DNA from: a virus | Taxonomy: Duplodnaviria; Caudoviricetes | Reading direction: 5' to 3' (one strand) | IMG/VR virus record: IMGVR_UViG_3300016656_000172 | Coordinates: 1 to 45,847 of that record | Length of the DNA: 45,847 bases | Shown: piece after piece, positions 8,156 to 16,601 of the stretch | Layout: the number at the start of each line of letters is the position of its first letter | How positions within the stretch are numbered: position 1 is the stretch's first letter | The notes under the pieces: generated by a model | The model's database searches: none | Seen by the model: the letters and a program-made list of their open reading frames with translations, nothing else | Told to the model about the DNA's origin: nothing | Translations under genes and position numbers: made by a program

Positions 8156-8761
8156 ATGGACGCCGATAAGCCGCAGCGGGTGAAGCTCAAAAAGAAGTCC
8201 AGCGATAGCAAGCCAGCGGTGCATGTGCCGGGGCAGGGGTTCAGCGAGGAGTCAGAGAAGTTCTTTTCTGATCTAGCCTCCCGCAAGGCTGCCGAGGTCG
8301 ACATGGATGTTCTTTTCGATCAGGCATACAAGGCTGATCATGAACTCGACGATGTAACCCGAGAGCTCCGATCCGAATTCGCTCTGCTCAACAAAATTAT
8401 TGAGCTTCAAGAAGTAGCCAAACAGAAGGGCACGAAGCTGAGCCGCAAGGCCGCGAAAGCGGCGATTAAAGAGGCGAAAAAGGCCAGCAAGGCAGCCAAT
8501 AAGCCCAAGACAGTATCCCCAGCAAAGCGAACGGAGCCATTTACAACCGAGCCTGAGTCAAAATGGCTTCGGAAGATATGTTGGCGGTGTGGTAGCAAAT
8601 TTTCAGTTCACGTGGACTGGGAACGCCCCCCAAGTCTTTGCCCTGCATGTACGAAAGACATTAACGAAACCTATCTCCCTACCGCTCCGGATCGATCTAA
8701 GCCCGTTGGATGGGTCCACATCGTTAATGGTGGAGCTCCAGGTATGGGCAAGCGTCGATAA
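8156..8761 (+). CDS. Accessory protein with Lys-rich helical region and C-terminal zinc ribbon
   Basis: AAGGAG SD; CWRC-x15-CPAC; antisense to the PL transcript. Confidence 0.75.
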   Translation: MDADKPQRVKLKKKSSDSKPAVHVPGQGFSEESEKFFSDLASRKAAEVDMDVLFDQAYKADHELDDVTRELRSEFALLNKIIELQEVAKQKGTKLSRKAAKAAIKEAKKASKAANKPKTVSPAKRTEPFTTEPESKWLRKICWRCGSKFSVHVDWERPPSLCPACTKDINETYLPTAPDRSKPVGWVHIVNGGAPGMGKRR

Positions 8762-9025
8762 CTACTATCCAGTAGGCTTCCGAAAGCGCCCGATGCAGGC
8801 GCTGACGTGAAAATTTCTGGAGCTGCCGGTTACCCGCTACTGGCGTCGGTGACCGGCTCATTCAAGTTGTTCCTCCAGCCGCGGGCCTTTCGGCTTGTTG
8901 TCCCGCTGGATAACTGCTTTCGACGTTTTACGCTGCACGCCCGGGTCAGTTGCCAACCCTCTGAACCGTTTAGGCCGGTTCATCGCTGCCTTTGAATCTG
9001 GGCCGGTGGTGATCCGGCAAGGGGT

Positions 9026-9056
9026 GTCGCAAAAGAGCGGCGCGGCTTTCGCTGCT
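9026..9056 (-). promoter_or_regulatory. Putative antitermination (nut-like) site: GAAA hairpin followed by boxA-like CGCTCTTTT
   Basis: Minus strand reads GCAGCGAAAGCCGCGCCGCTCTTTTGCGAC just downstream of PL. Confidence 0.5.
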
Positions 9057-9082
9057 GGGCCGGTGTTGTCTGGCTTGAACAT

Positions 9083-9112
9083 AATTTAGCTCCAAGCTAA
9101 ATATTGCGTCAA
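9083..9112 (-). promoter_or_regulatory. PL promoter with overlapping OL operator
   Basis: TTGACG-N18-TAAATT on the minus strand. Palindrome ATTTAGCT-CCA-AGCTAAAT at 9084-9102 matches the operators at OR. Confidence 0.8.
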
Positions 9113-9279
9113 TATCTTTCTGCTAAAAAATTTAGCTTGTGCATATTTTTTGATGCGGTGATGCAGTGCTGATCAATCAGCTCGCTGATCAGACGGGTTT
9201 TTAGGGCGGTGTAGTTCGCGCAGTTTGGGGCGTGATGGCATTTTGATAAGATGCTAGGACTCAAAAGGAGAATGGATTC

Positions 9280-10107
9280 ATGCAGAAAATCATCGTTGCA
9301 GTCGGGCTTGCTGCTCTTATCTCAGGGTGCGGCCAAGCTGATAAAGAAAAGTCTGAGAAACTTCAGCAAGAGGTTACAAAGCTACAGGCAGAGGTCGGCT
9401 CTCTGCGTGCAGAGCTGGAGGCAGAGCGGAATGGACCTCATCGGCTATTAGCCCGAGGCAAAAATGAGTTCGGTGCTTCTGGTTTGGGTATAGCGAAAGA
9501 GACGCTCACGGAATTGGTCGCTCGCTTCCCCGAGTCCGAGCAAGCTCAAGAAGCAAAAAAACTGCTATCCGAGATTAATGAAAAAATCGTTGCAGCAGAG
9601 AAGGCAAAGCAGCTTGAGGCTCAGAAGGCCGCAGAGGAGCAGCGAAAGGCGTTAGCTCGCCTGGACGCAAATTTGGTTAAAAACGTAGATGAAATAAAGG
9701 GTATCACTTGGGTGTCGCATAAATCCGTCCCCCTCCTTGAAAACTACATGACGTTATATTTTGGCGTCAAAGATGGATCCGCAGCTAGCTACCCGCTTCG
9801 TATGAAGCTCAATTACCACGCTGATAGCTGGCTTTTTATTGAGAGTGTCACTATCAAGGCTGACGACAAAGTCTTCGATTTAGGAAAGCTAGATTTTGAG
9901 CGTGATAACGCGGCCGGCAGCATTTGGGAGTGGTCTGACACGAGGGTCGAAGACATGGCTATGCTGAATTCGATACTTTCGGCTAAAAAGGTCGTGATAC
10001 GGTACGACGGCCGCCAGTATTACCATGACTTTGTTCTTCCGGAGTCGCAAAAAAACGCAATGAAAGAGTCCTTGCTAGCCTGGCAGAGATACGGTGGAAA
10101 GGCATAG
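9280..10107 (+). CDS. Lipoprotein with coiled coil and TPR-like helix pair (immunity-region accessory gene)
   Basis: Signal peptide with lipobox ISG-C; AAGGAG SD; AT-rich. Confidence 0.85.
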   Translation: MQKIIVAVGLAALISGCGQADKEKSEKLQQEVTKLQAEVGSLRAELEAERNGPHRLLARGKNEFGASGLGIAKETLTELVARFPESEQAQEAKKLLSEINEKIVAAEKAKQLEAQKAAEEQRKALARLDANLVKNVDEIKGITWVSHKSVPLLENYMTLYFGVKDGSAASYPLRMKLNYHADSWLFIESVTIKADDKVFDLGKLDFERDNAAGSIWEWSDTRVEDMAMLNSILSAKKVVIRYDGRQYYHDFVLPESQKNAMKESLLAWQRYGGKA

Positions 10108-10121
10108 CCAGTTCCGAACGC

Positions 10122-10145
10122 AAAAAGCCCGCTCAATGGCGGGCT
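10122..10145 (-). terminator. Intrinsic terminator of the cI operon
   Basis: AGCCCGC-CATTGA-GCGGGCT followed by TTTT on the minus strand. Confidence 0.75.
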
Positions 10146-10197
10146 GTCGATCGGTTCGGGGTAGGGTAAATACGGGGGCTCTCTCCGACCGGGATCT

Positions 10198-10518
10198 TTA
10201 CCGCTCGTAATGCTTGCCGCCAGTCGAGATTAGGTAAAGCCACTCCGAATATGGTAAGCGCGCAATGATTTTAGTCTTACTCACAACCGCGCCCATTGTT
10301 ACCCCTCTGCAAAGCAGGCTAACACTGCCCTGCAGTCGTTCACACATTGCGTCTGCACTATCAATGAAGTTTGTCTTATTCAGGCGCAGCATGATCACGG
10401 TGCGGCCTTCGGGAACCGCTCCAATTGGTGGCACTACGAAAATAGTCAATTGGGTGTAAATCACGATCGCAACTACTGCGACGATTACTAATGTCAACAA
10501 CTTCTTCACGGATTCCAT
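10198..10518 (-). CDS. Membrane-anchored 106-aa protein downstream of cI
   Basis: N-terminal TM helix, GAGG SD, Cys pair; rex-like position. Confidence 0.8.
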   Translation of the reverse strand: MESVKKLLTLVIVAVVAIVIYTQLTIFVVPPIGAVPEGRTVIMLRLNKTNFIDSADAMCERLQGSVSLLCRGVTMGAVVSKTKIIARLPYSEWLYLISTGGKHYER

Positions 10519-10549
10519 TCCTCTGTATCAAAATGTTTTGGTTTTGTTG

Positions 10550-11284
10550 CTACCTAGCGTACATGCCCCACCAAAAAACGTGACCAATGATGACGATCTG
10601 CTCTTCCTGGATATCCTGGAAGGTGTAGTCCTCATCCGGATGCTCGTCTCGATTAAAGCTGCGCAAACGAATTCCGGTCGGTATGCGGTAAAGCTGCTTC
10701 ACCCGCAACTGGCCGTTGTGGTTGATCGCATAGAGATCGCCATCAGTAATCTCGCTGACGCTGGTCACGCCGGTGTTTACGCCGACCGTTGCCCCGTCGC
10801 GTAGAACGGGGAGCATGCTGTTCCCCCGAACTGTTACGCACTTGGCATTCGAAAACTGAACACCATTTTGGCGAAGACTGCGCTTGCCAAAGCGTAGAAA
10901 TGAGTTGGGGCTTTCCTCGACAGTAAACCGACCCGAGCCCGCTGCCAGTTCAACCTCTCGCAGAAACGGAACGCAAATCTCATCATCCTCTATGGGCGTG
11001 GTGTCATCCCAAAGGTGAATGTCGCGTAACTCTGAGTGAGGGTGGCGCGGAACAGGTTCGGCCCGTATCGCATCGTCACGCACGTTATCCAAATACCCCT
11101 TCGGCAAATCCTCCGCTGCCTCAATCCTGCGCGCGAGTTCGTCCCCCAAGTTTCTGACAGGGTTCTTCGACAGGATCTGGCTGAGCACCGACGACGATGT
11201 TCCCCATTTCTCTGCACATTCTTTTCGCTTTCTGTCGCCTGCAAGGGCTTCCAGGTTGCGCTTTCTGATCGCGTAAATATCCAT
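10550..11284 (-). CDS. cI: CI-type repressor (HTH + S24 autopeptidase)
   Basis: N-terminal HTH, AAG cleavage site, GNSM catalytic Ser, VKQL catalytic Lys; divergent from cro. Confidence 0.95.
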   Translation of the reverse strand: MDIYAIRKRNLEALAGDRKRKECAEKWGTSSSVLSQILSKNPVRNLGDELARRIEAAEDLPKGYLDNVRDDAIRAEPVPRHPHSELRDIHLWDDTTPIEDDEICVPFLREVELAAGSGRFTVEESPNSFLRFGKRSLRQNGVQFSNAKCVTVRGNSMLPVLRDGATVGVNTGVTSVSEITDGDLYAINHNGQLRVKQLYRIPTGIRLRSFNRDEHPDEDYTFQDIQEEQIVIIGHVFWWGMYAR

Positions 11285-11295
11285 GCGCTAATGAT

Positions 11296-11372
11296 TGCAG
11301 CTCTTAGCTAAATGATAAATATTCTCGGAGCTAAACTCTGGCTTGCTAAACAATTTAGCTAAAGGCTAAACT
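11296..11372. promoter_or_regulatory. OR operators (three 17-bp sites) and PR promoter
   Basis: Sites ending in GCTAAA at 11296-11312, 11319-11335 and 11354-11370 (TTTAGC-N5-GCTAAA). TTGCTA-N18-TAAACT on the plus strand. Confidence 0.8.
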
Positions 11373-11398
11373 CTGTGCGAGACAATCGGAGAATACCC

Positions 11399-11638
11399 AT
11401 GACCACCCAAATGCAAGAGTGGCTCAAGAAGGCGACCGCATCTGAACGCGATCGAGTTGCGGCAGCGGCAGGCACCAGTGTCGGCTACCTCTACCAAATT
11501 GCAGGTGGTCATCGGAAGCCGTCGCTTGAGCTATCGAAAAAGCTCCAGGCCGCAACAGATGGAGACCTGACGATGTCCGGTTTGCGAGCTGATCTTTATG
11601 AACTCCTCACCCAATCAAAACCCCAGGTAGCCGCCTGA
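11399..11638 (+). CDS. cro: Cro-like HTH regulator
   Basis: VAAAAGTSVGYLYQIAGGHRKPS HTH; GGAG SD; divergent from cI. Confidence 0.88.
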   Translation: MTTQMQEWLKKATASERDRVAAAAGTSVGYLYQIAGGHRKPSLELSKKLQAATDGDLTMSGLRADLYELLTQSKPQVAA

Positions 11639-11690
11639 CGATCAGCGCATCGCTGTCTCGTTGAAGCCAGATTAGAAGAGAGCAGTACCC

Positions 11691-12308
11691 ATGGAAACGT
11701 CCAGTCCAAGACACACCGCCCAAACCCGTGATCAGGTTCTGATCGCGCACGCCCAAAACCAGATCGCACGCACCGCCCTGAGCCAGGACGATTTCGCCCA
11801 AGCGCTGAGCCGGGAGATCTGCCTGCGAGTTCCAGCAGCGAAACTCGTGCAGGCAAAAGTCCCGGACTTTGATGAGTTGGCGCGCCTGAACGACGTCGGC
11901 GAATTCGTGAAAGCGACCGGCCGCTGGTTGAAGCGTGTGCAGCGCTGGCTGTCCGGTGATCAGGAAATGCCGTCTTGGCTTGAGGAGTCCTGGGTAAACG
12001 CTTTGGAGCCAGAGTACCGCGACAACTGCATTAACGAACTGGCCGGTCGCCACGGCCTGACAGGTGCCCGCCAGATGCAGAGCGACCAATGCGCCAATAA
12101 AAGCTTCGGTGCGCTGATCCGCGCACTGGGCGATGTGATCGACACCGGCAGCGAAGTATTTGACGACCAGGTGATGTGCGAAGAGGACCTGCCGCACCTT
12201 CCGGCTTTCGCCGAGCAATGCCGTCAGGTTGAAGCGCGGGCAGGGGAGCTTGGCCGGAAGGCTGAAGCACTGATCGCAAGACACCGACCGAATTTGAAGA
12301 TCGCCTGA
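11691..12308 (+). CDS. Regulatory protein in the cII position
   Basis: Position after cro; helical protein. Function inferred from synteny only. Confidence 0.65.
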   Translation: METSSPRHTAQTRDQVLIAHAQNQIARTALSQDDFAQALSREICLRVPAAKLVQAKVPDFDELARLNDVGEFVKATGRWLKRVQRWLSGDQEMPSWLEESWVNALEPEYRDNCINELAGRHGLTGARQMQSDQCANKSFGALIRALGDVIDTGSEVFDDQVMCEEDLPHLPAFAEQCRQVEARAGELGRKAEALIARHRPNLKIA

Positions 12309-12309
12309 T

Positions 12310-12329
12310 TTTCCGCGCATGCGCGGAAA
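12310..12329. repeat. Perfect 20-bp palindrome TTTCCGCGCATGCGCGGAAA
   Basis: Loop-less dyad immediately after the cII-like stop. Confidence 0.8.
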
Positions 12330-12402
12330 TCCTGAGTTCACCACCAAAAAAGGGGTCTTTGGGTTCGCACTCTCAAGTAGCAGCCCCAGAAAGCCCAGGC
12401 AC

Positions 12403-12445
12403 AAAAAAGCCGACGGTCGAGGTCGGCTGATTCGTAAACTAGAGA
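12403..12445 (-). ncRNA. Putative OOP/sar-like antisense RNA
   Basis: Minus-strand TTGCTT-N17-CATAAT (12480-12452) and terminator AGCCGAC-N7-GTCGGCT-TTTTT (12428-12403). Confidence 0.55.
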
Positions 12446-12454
12446 GGCCCGATT

Positions 12455-13315
12455 ATGCAGAGCCAACCAAATTCAAGCAATACCCCCCAAAGTGTCGCGA
12501 CACGTTTTTCGAATTCTGAAAACGTGTCGCGCATTCAAACTCAGTTCAGCTTCCACGGCCTGCTGGTCCGCGTCATCGACGACGGAAGCGGTGAGCCTTT
12601 GTTTATCGCCAAAGATGTCGCTGAAGCCCTGGGCTACGCCAACACATCGAAAGCCATCAACGCTCACTGCAAGGCCGTCAGCACCTGCCATACCGAAATG
12701 GGAGGTCAGGTCCGTGCGGTGCAGATCATCCCGGAGCGCGACCTTTATCGATTGGTGATGAAGTCGAAGCTTCCAGCCGCTGAGCAACTCGAAGAGTGGG
12801 TAGTCGGCCAGGTCCTGCCGAGCATTCGCAAGACAGGCCAATTCTCCGCCCCCGCGCCGAACAACTCGAAGATCGTCGGCGAGCTGGCAATTCTCGAATG
12901 CTTCGATCGTCTGCTCAAGCCGGCGGCGTCCAGCAAGATGATGATGCTTGCCCAGATCGCCGCCAACAACGGACTGGATGCCAAATTCCTGCCCGGATAT
13001 GCCGTGGATGCCGCTCCTGATGCCGCCGGCGGCTCCTCGATGCCGACGAAGTCAGCTACCGCGTTGCTGAAGGACAGCGGAATCCGTTGCGCGCCGGCTG
13101 CTTTCAATCGTGCGCTGGCCGACCACGGATTCCTCAAGCAACTCCAGCGCAAGAACTCCAAACACGAGATGGTCGACTTTTGGTCCGTGACTGAAAAGGG
13201 CCTCAAGTACGGCAAGAACCTCACCAGCCCTCAATGCCCGCGCGAGACGCAACCTCACTGGTACGTCGATCGCTTCCTTGAGCTTGCCGTGCTTATCGGC
13301 AAAGGACGCCCATGA
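12455..13315 (+). CDS. BRO-N domain antirepressor-like protein
   Basis: FIAKDVAEALGY, IIPERDLYRLVMKS and WVVGQVLPSIRKTG motifs; KilAC-like C-terminus (SVTEKG.KYG). Confidence 0.9.
   Translation: MQSQPNSSNTPQSVATRFSNSENVSRIQTQFSFHGLLVRVIDDGSGEPLFIAKDVAEALGYANTSKAINAHCKAVSTCHTEMGGQVRAVQIIPERDLYRLVMKSKLPAAEQLEEWVVGQVLPSIRKTGQFSAPAPNNSKIVGELAILECFDRLLKPAASSKMMMLAQIAANNGLDAKFLPGYAVDAAPDAAGGSSMPTKSATALLKDSGIRCAPAAFNRALADHGFLKQLQRKNSKHEMVDFWSVTEKGLKYGKNLTSPQCPRETQPHWYVDRFLELAVLIGKGRP
12496..12531. repeat. Inverted repeat CGCGACACG-N18-CGTGTCGCG (copy 2)
   Basis: Perfect 9-bp arms, extendable by TTTT/AAAA; overlaps the palindrome GTGTCGCGACAC. Confidence 0.8.
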
Positions 13316-14121
13316 TGGCCAGATCCAGAAATATCAAACCGGGGTTCTTCTCGAACGAACACCTGGCTGAAGTAGATTTCGCAACGCGCCTCCTCTTCAT
13401 CGGTATGTGGACTGAAGCTGATCGGGAAGGGCGCCTGGAAGATCGCCCGCGCCGTCTGAAAATGGCCCTGTTCCCGGCGGACAATGTCGACATCGAAAAG
13501 ATGCTCGCCGACCTGGATCATTTGGGGTTCATCACGCGGTACACCGTCGGATCATTCAAGGCTATCCAGATCGTGAACTGGTCGAAGCATCAGAACCCTC
13601 ACGTCAAGGAAGCTAAGAGCATCATCCCTGAAATGCCCGGTTTAGAGGGTTCTTGCGGTGAGCATGGTGCAAGCCCGGTGCTAGCACCAGACAAGCACAG
13701 TTCTTTCCCTGCTGATTCCCTCTCTCTTGATTCCGGATTCCTGATTCCTGATTCCCTCACTCCGTCGCAGGCTCCGGTGGCGACCGAGGCCCTGTTCGCG
13801 TCGTTCTGGAAGCTCTACCCGCGCAAGGTTGGAAAGGACAAGGCCGAGAAGGCGTGGGCGAAGCTCAAGGTGGATCAGGCGCTGTACGACCTGATGGTCA
13901 CCGCTTTGGCAAAGCAGGTGCTGACGCCTGACTGGGTCAAGGAGCGCGGCCAGTTCATCCCGCATCCTGCGACATGGCTTAACGGCAAGCGCTGGCAGGA
14001 CGAGATCCCCGATGTGCCAACGAACGTGCACCCGTTCCCGCAATCGCGCCACACCGGCTTCGCTGAGCGCGACTACACGGCCGGCCTGATCCCAAGAGGA
14101 GATGGCAGCTATGCGCTCTGA
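13312..14121 (+). CDS. Replication initiator (O-like)
   Basis: ARSRNIKPGFF...ADREG N-terminus; FWKLYPRK and HPATWLN..RW.DE C-terminus; internal repeats. Confidence 0.88.
   Translation: MMARSRNIKPGFFSNEHLAEVDFATRLLFIGMWTEADREGRLEDRPRRLKMALFPADNVDIEKMLADLDHLGFITRYTVGSFKAIQIVNWSKHQNPHVKEAKSIIPEMPGLEGSCGEHGASPVLAPDKHSSFPADSLSLDSGFLIPDSLTPSQAPVATEALFASFWKLYPRKVGKDKAEKAWAKLKVDQALYDLMVTALAKQVLTPDWVKERGQFIPHPATWLNGKRWQDEIPDVPTNVHPFPQSRHTGFAERDYTAGLIPRGDGSYAL
13660..13756 (+). repeat. Putative replication origin: four 11-bp iterons followed by GATTCC repeats
   Basis: GAGCATGGTGC AAGCCCGGTGC TAGCACCAGAC AAGCACAGTTC, then five GATTCC copies in a pyrimidine-rich tract inside the initiator gene. Confidence 0.6.
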
Positions 14122-14917
14122 GCCAGTACAAGCCACTCCCGAATTGCCACCGGGAACCCGGATCCAGCCTGCTGACTGCGAAACCCATGGCGCCTACGAC
14201 CAGAAGATATTTGCACTGTTGGGCAAGGAGCTGAAGAGCGGTTGCCCAGAGTGCGGGCGCCTCGCTCGCGAGAAGACCGAGGCCGCTGAGCTGGCGATCA
14301 AGGCAATGGAGCTGCGCATGGCCATGGAGCGGAAGTTAGGCGCCGCGCTGATCCCGAAGCGCTTCGCCAGCAAGACGCTCGACGGATACATCGCGACCAC
14401 CACGGAGCAGCGCAAGGCGCTCAACACGTGCCGCCGGTACGCCGCCGAGTTTCCGCAGATCGCAGCCACGGGGCGCTGCCTGTTGCTGCTTGGCAAGCCT
14501 GGCACTGGCAAAACGCACCTTTCCGTGGCGATCGCCAACGAGATCATGGCCAAGTCATCTGCCACGGCGGTTTATCGCACCATCGGCGCCGTGCTGCAGT
14601 CGATCCGTGCTTCGTACGACCGCGCCACCGAACAGACAGAAAGTCAGATCCTGTCGAGCCTGATCAGCCCCTCGCTGCTCATCCTGGACGAGATTGGCGT
14701 GAGCAAGGAGAAACCGAGCGACTTCGAGCTGACGACGCTGTTCGCGATCATCAACGGCCGGTACGAGGAGATGCGACCGACGATCATCGTTTCAAACTTA
14801 AGCGCCAAGGCGCTCCCGGAAGCTATCGGCGATCGCTGCGTGGATCGCTTGCGGGAGGGCGGCGTGATCGTGCTTCCGTTCGAGTGGGAGTCTCAGCGCG
14901 GCAAGGAGGGCTTCTGA
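14111..14917 (+). CDS. DnaC/IstB-family helicase loader
   Basis: Walker A GKPGTGKT, Walker B LLILDEIG, SNL and DRL motifs, N-terminal CETH/CPEC. Confidence 0.92.
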   Translation: MRSEPVQATPELPPGTRIQPADCETHGAYDQKIFALLGKELKSGCPECGRLAREKTEAAELAIKAMELRMAMERKLGAALIPKRFASKTLDGYIATTTEQRKALNTCRRYAAEFPQIAATGRCLLLLGKPGTGKTHLSVAIANEIMAKSSATAVYRTIGAVLQSIRASYDRATEQTESQILSSLISPSLLILDEIGVSKEKPSDFELTTLFAIINGRYEEMRPTIIVSNLSAKALPEAIGDRCVDRLREGGVIVLPFEWESQRGKEGF

Positions 14918-14918
14918 C

Positions 14919-15113
14919 ATGGCCGTAAAACTGTGGAGCATGCGCGAGCAGTGTCACATCGTCCGAGGTGTTCGAGGAACCGTCTTTGAGCTGGCTAAGC
15001 ACTTCGGGATTCCGCCCAAGGTCGCGCAAAGCCGAATCGCTCGGTATGGCTGGACCGTCGAGAAAGCTGTCACCGAGCCTATGCGTGAAGACTCAAGGAG
15101 AAAGCGGCCATGA
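14919..15113 (+). CDS. Small HTH protein
   Basis: ELAKHFGI...SRIARYGWTVEKAVTEP; GGAGG SD. Confidence 0.65.
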   Translation: MAVKLWSMREQCHIVRGVRGTVFELAKHFGIPPKVAQSRIARYGWTVEKAVTEPMREDSRRKRP

Positions 15114-15586
15114 ACCCGTTGATTGTTCGCCAAATGCAACCTTGCCCGGTGAGTTGCGTTTCAACGTGCCTCGCGATGCTTGCCGGTCGACCTGCTGCTG
15201 AGGTCATCAATGAGCTGCACAAGTCCTACCGTGAGGGCGACTTGACTATGCGCGAAATGCTCGAATACCTCGGGATCAAATACACGGCGTTTTTCAGTGT
15301 TGACAACCCGCCACTGGCGGACGAGGGCGTTTATCTATGCACGGCGCCGTCGCTCAATATCGAGGCTGGTAATCACCAGATATTGATCGAGGTGACCGAC
15401 GAGGGGTACTTCGTAATTGACCCGGTTCAAGGCCGCGATGATCGTAAATATTACGTGCCGCGCGGCCAGGGCAACGGTGATCCGCTCGCCATCGATCTCG
15501 GAGGGTTCGTCGTCGATGCGTTCGTCTCACGCTCCCACCTGGTGGAGAAATACACGAAAGCTATGGCGACGGAGGTTGCGGCATGA
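15110..15586 (+). CDS. Peptidase C39-like protein
   Basis: Q-x5-C (QPCPVSC..TCLAML), downstream His (NHQ) and VIDP motif. Confidence 0.65.
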   Translation: MNPLIVRQMQPCPVSCVSTCLAMLAGRPAAEVINELHKSYREGDLTMREMLEYLGIKYTAFFSVDNPPLADEGVYLCTAPSLNIEAGNHQILIEVTDEGYFVIDPVQGRDDRKYYVPRGQGNGDPLAIDLGGFVVDAFVSRSHLVEKYTKAMATEVAA

Positions 15587-15981
15587 CCGAGTTCGCAATC
15601 CGCAGCCAGCGCGATATCAGCCGCCTCATGGGCGTGCTGCACGCCACCGACTTCACCAAACCCAAGATCGTAGTCATCAAGGACGAGAAGCGCCCTGACG
15701 TCTGCAACCGGAAGATGTGGGCAATGCTCAAGGATGTATCTGAGCAGGTCATCTGGCACGGCAAGAAGCTGAGCAGTGAGGACTGGAAGTGCCTCTTTAG
15801 TGCCTCGCTGGAGAAGCAGCGCGCCGAACCTGGCCTCGACGGTGGCTTCGTCGTGATGGCTGTATCGACCCGCAAGCAGTCGCAGAAGTGGTTCAGCGAT
15901 CTGTTCGAGCTGATGCATGCCTTCGGCGCCGAGCATGACGTGCGCTGGACTGAGCAGGACAAGTGGGGAGGGCGGTACTGA
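15583..15981 (+). CDS. ninB: NinB/Orf recombination protein
   Basis: NRKMWAMLKDVSEQVIWHG.KL..EDWK.LF; AFGAEHDV.W. Confidence 0.92.
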   Translation: MTEFAIRSQRDISRLMGVLHATDFTKPKIVVIKDEKRPDVCNRKMWAMLKDVSEQVIWHGKKLSSEDWKCLFSASLEKQRAEPGLDGGFVVMAVSTRKQSQKWFSDLFELMHAFGAEHDVRWTEQDKWGGRY

Positions 15982-16601
15982 TGCGCATAGCCATCACGGA
16001 ATCGAAGGCGCCCAAGCCGAAGAAGTGCAAGAACCCAGCGTGCGGGGACTCATTCGTCCCGCAGCGCCTTGGGCAGGCGGTGTGCGGATACAAGTGCGGT
16101 CTGGCCATCAAGGATGTCAATCGGGCGAAGGCCGGCAAGGCGTTGGCCCAGATTGGTCGCCGCGAGATCCAGGCACGCAAGGAGAAGCTGAAGAGCAGGG
16201 CGGATCACGCCAAGGATGCTCAGGCAGTCATCAACCGTTACGTGCGGCTGCGTGATGCTCATCTGGGCTGCATCAGCTGTGATAAGCCGGCGAGCTGGGG
16301 CGGCCAATGGCACTGCTCGCACTTTCGCAGCGTAGGCGCCGCCGCGCACCTCCGTTTCAACCTCTGGAACATGAACAAGTCCTGCTCCCAGTGCAATGCA
16401 CATCTGAGCGGAAACATCATGGTTTACCGCCCCCGCTTGGTCGAGAAGATCGGCGCGGAAAAGGTGGAATGGCTGGAGCGCAATCAGGATCTGGTTCGCC
16501 ATGAAATACCTTATTTGAAGCGCCTTAAGGCTGTCTTCACAAAGAAAGTGAGACGCCTTGAAAAGCGTTACGAGGAGGTCTTGTCATGTGCAGCGATGTG
16601 A
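15981..16601 (+). CDS. ninG: NinG/Rap endonuclease
   Basis: N-terminal Cys cluster, YVRLRD...CISC, HFRSVGA..HLRF..N...C.QCN.HLSGN. Confidence 0.9.
   Translation: MRIAITESKAPKPKKCKNPACGDSFVPQRLGQAVCGYKCGLAIKDVNRAKAGKALAQIGRREIQARKEKLKSRADHAKDAQAVINRYVRLRDAHLGCISCDKPASWGGQWHCSHFRSVGAAAHLRFNLWNMNKSCSQCNAHLSGNIMVYRPRLVEKIGAEKVEWLERNQDLVRHEIPYLKRLKAVFTKKVRRLEKRYEEVLSCAAM

Noticed and set aside
8858-9082. 74-aa ORF as an N-like antiterminator
   Set aside because: Its ATG abuts the PL -10 element, probably upstream of the transcription start. It has no SD, and the region is better explained as structured RNA.
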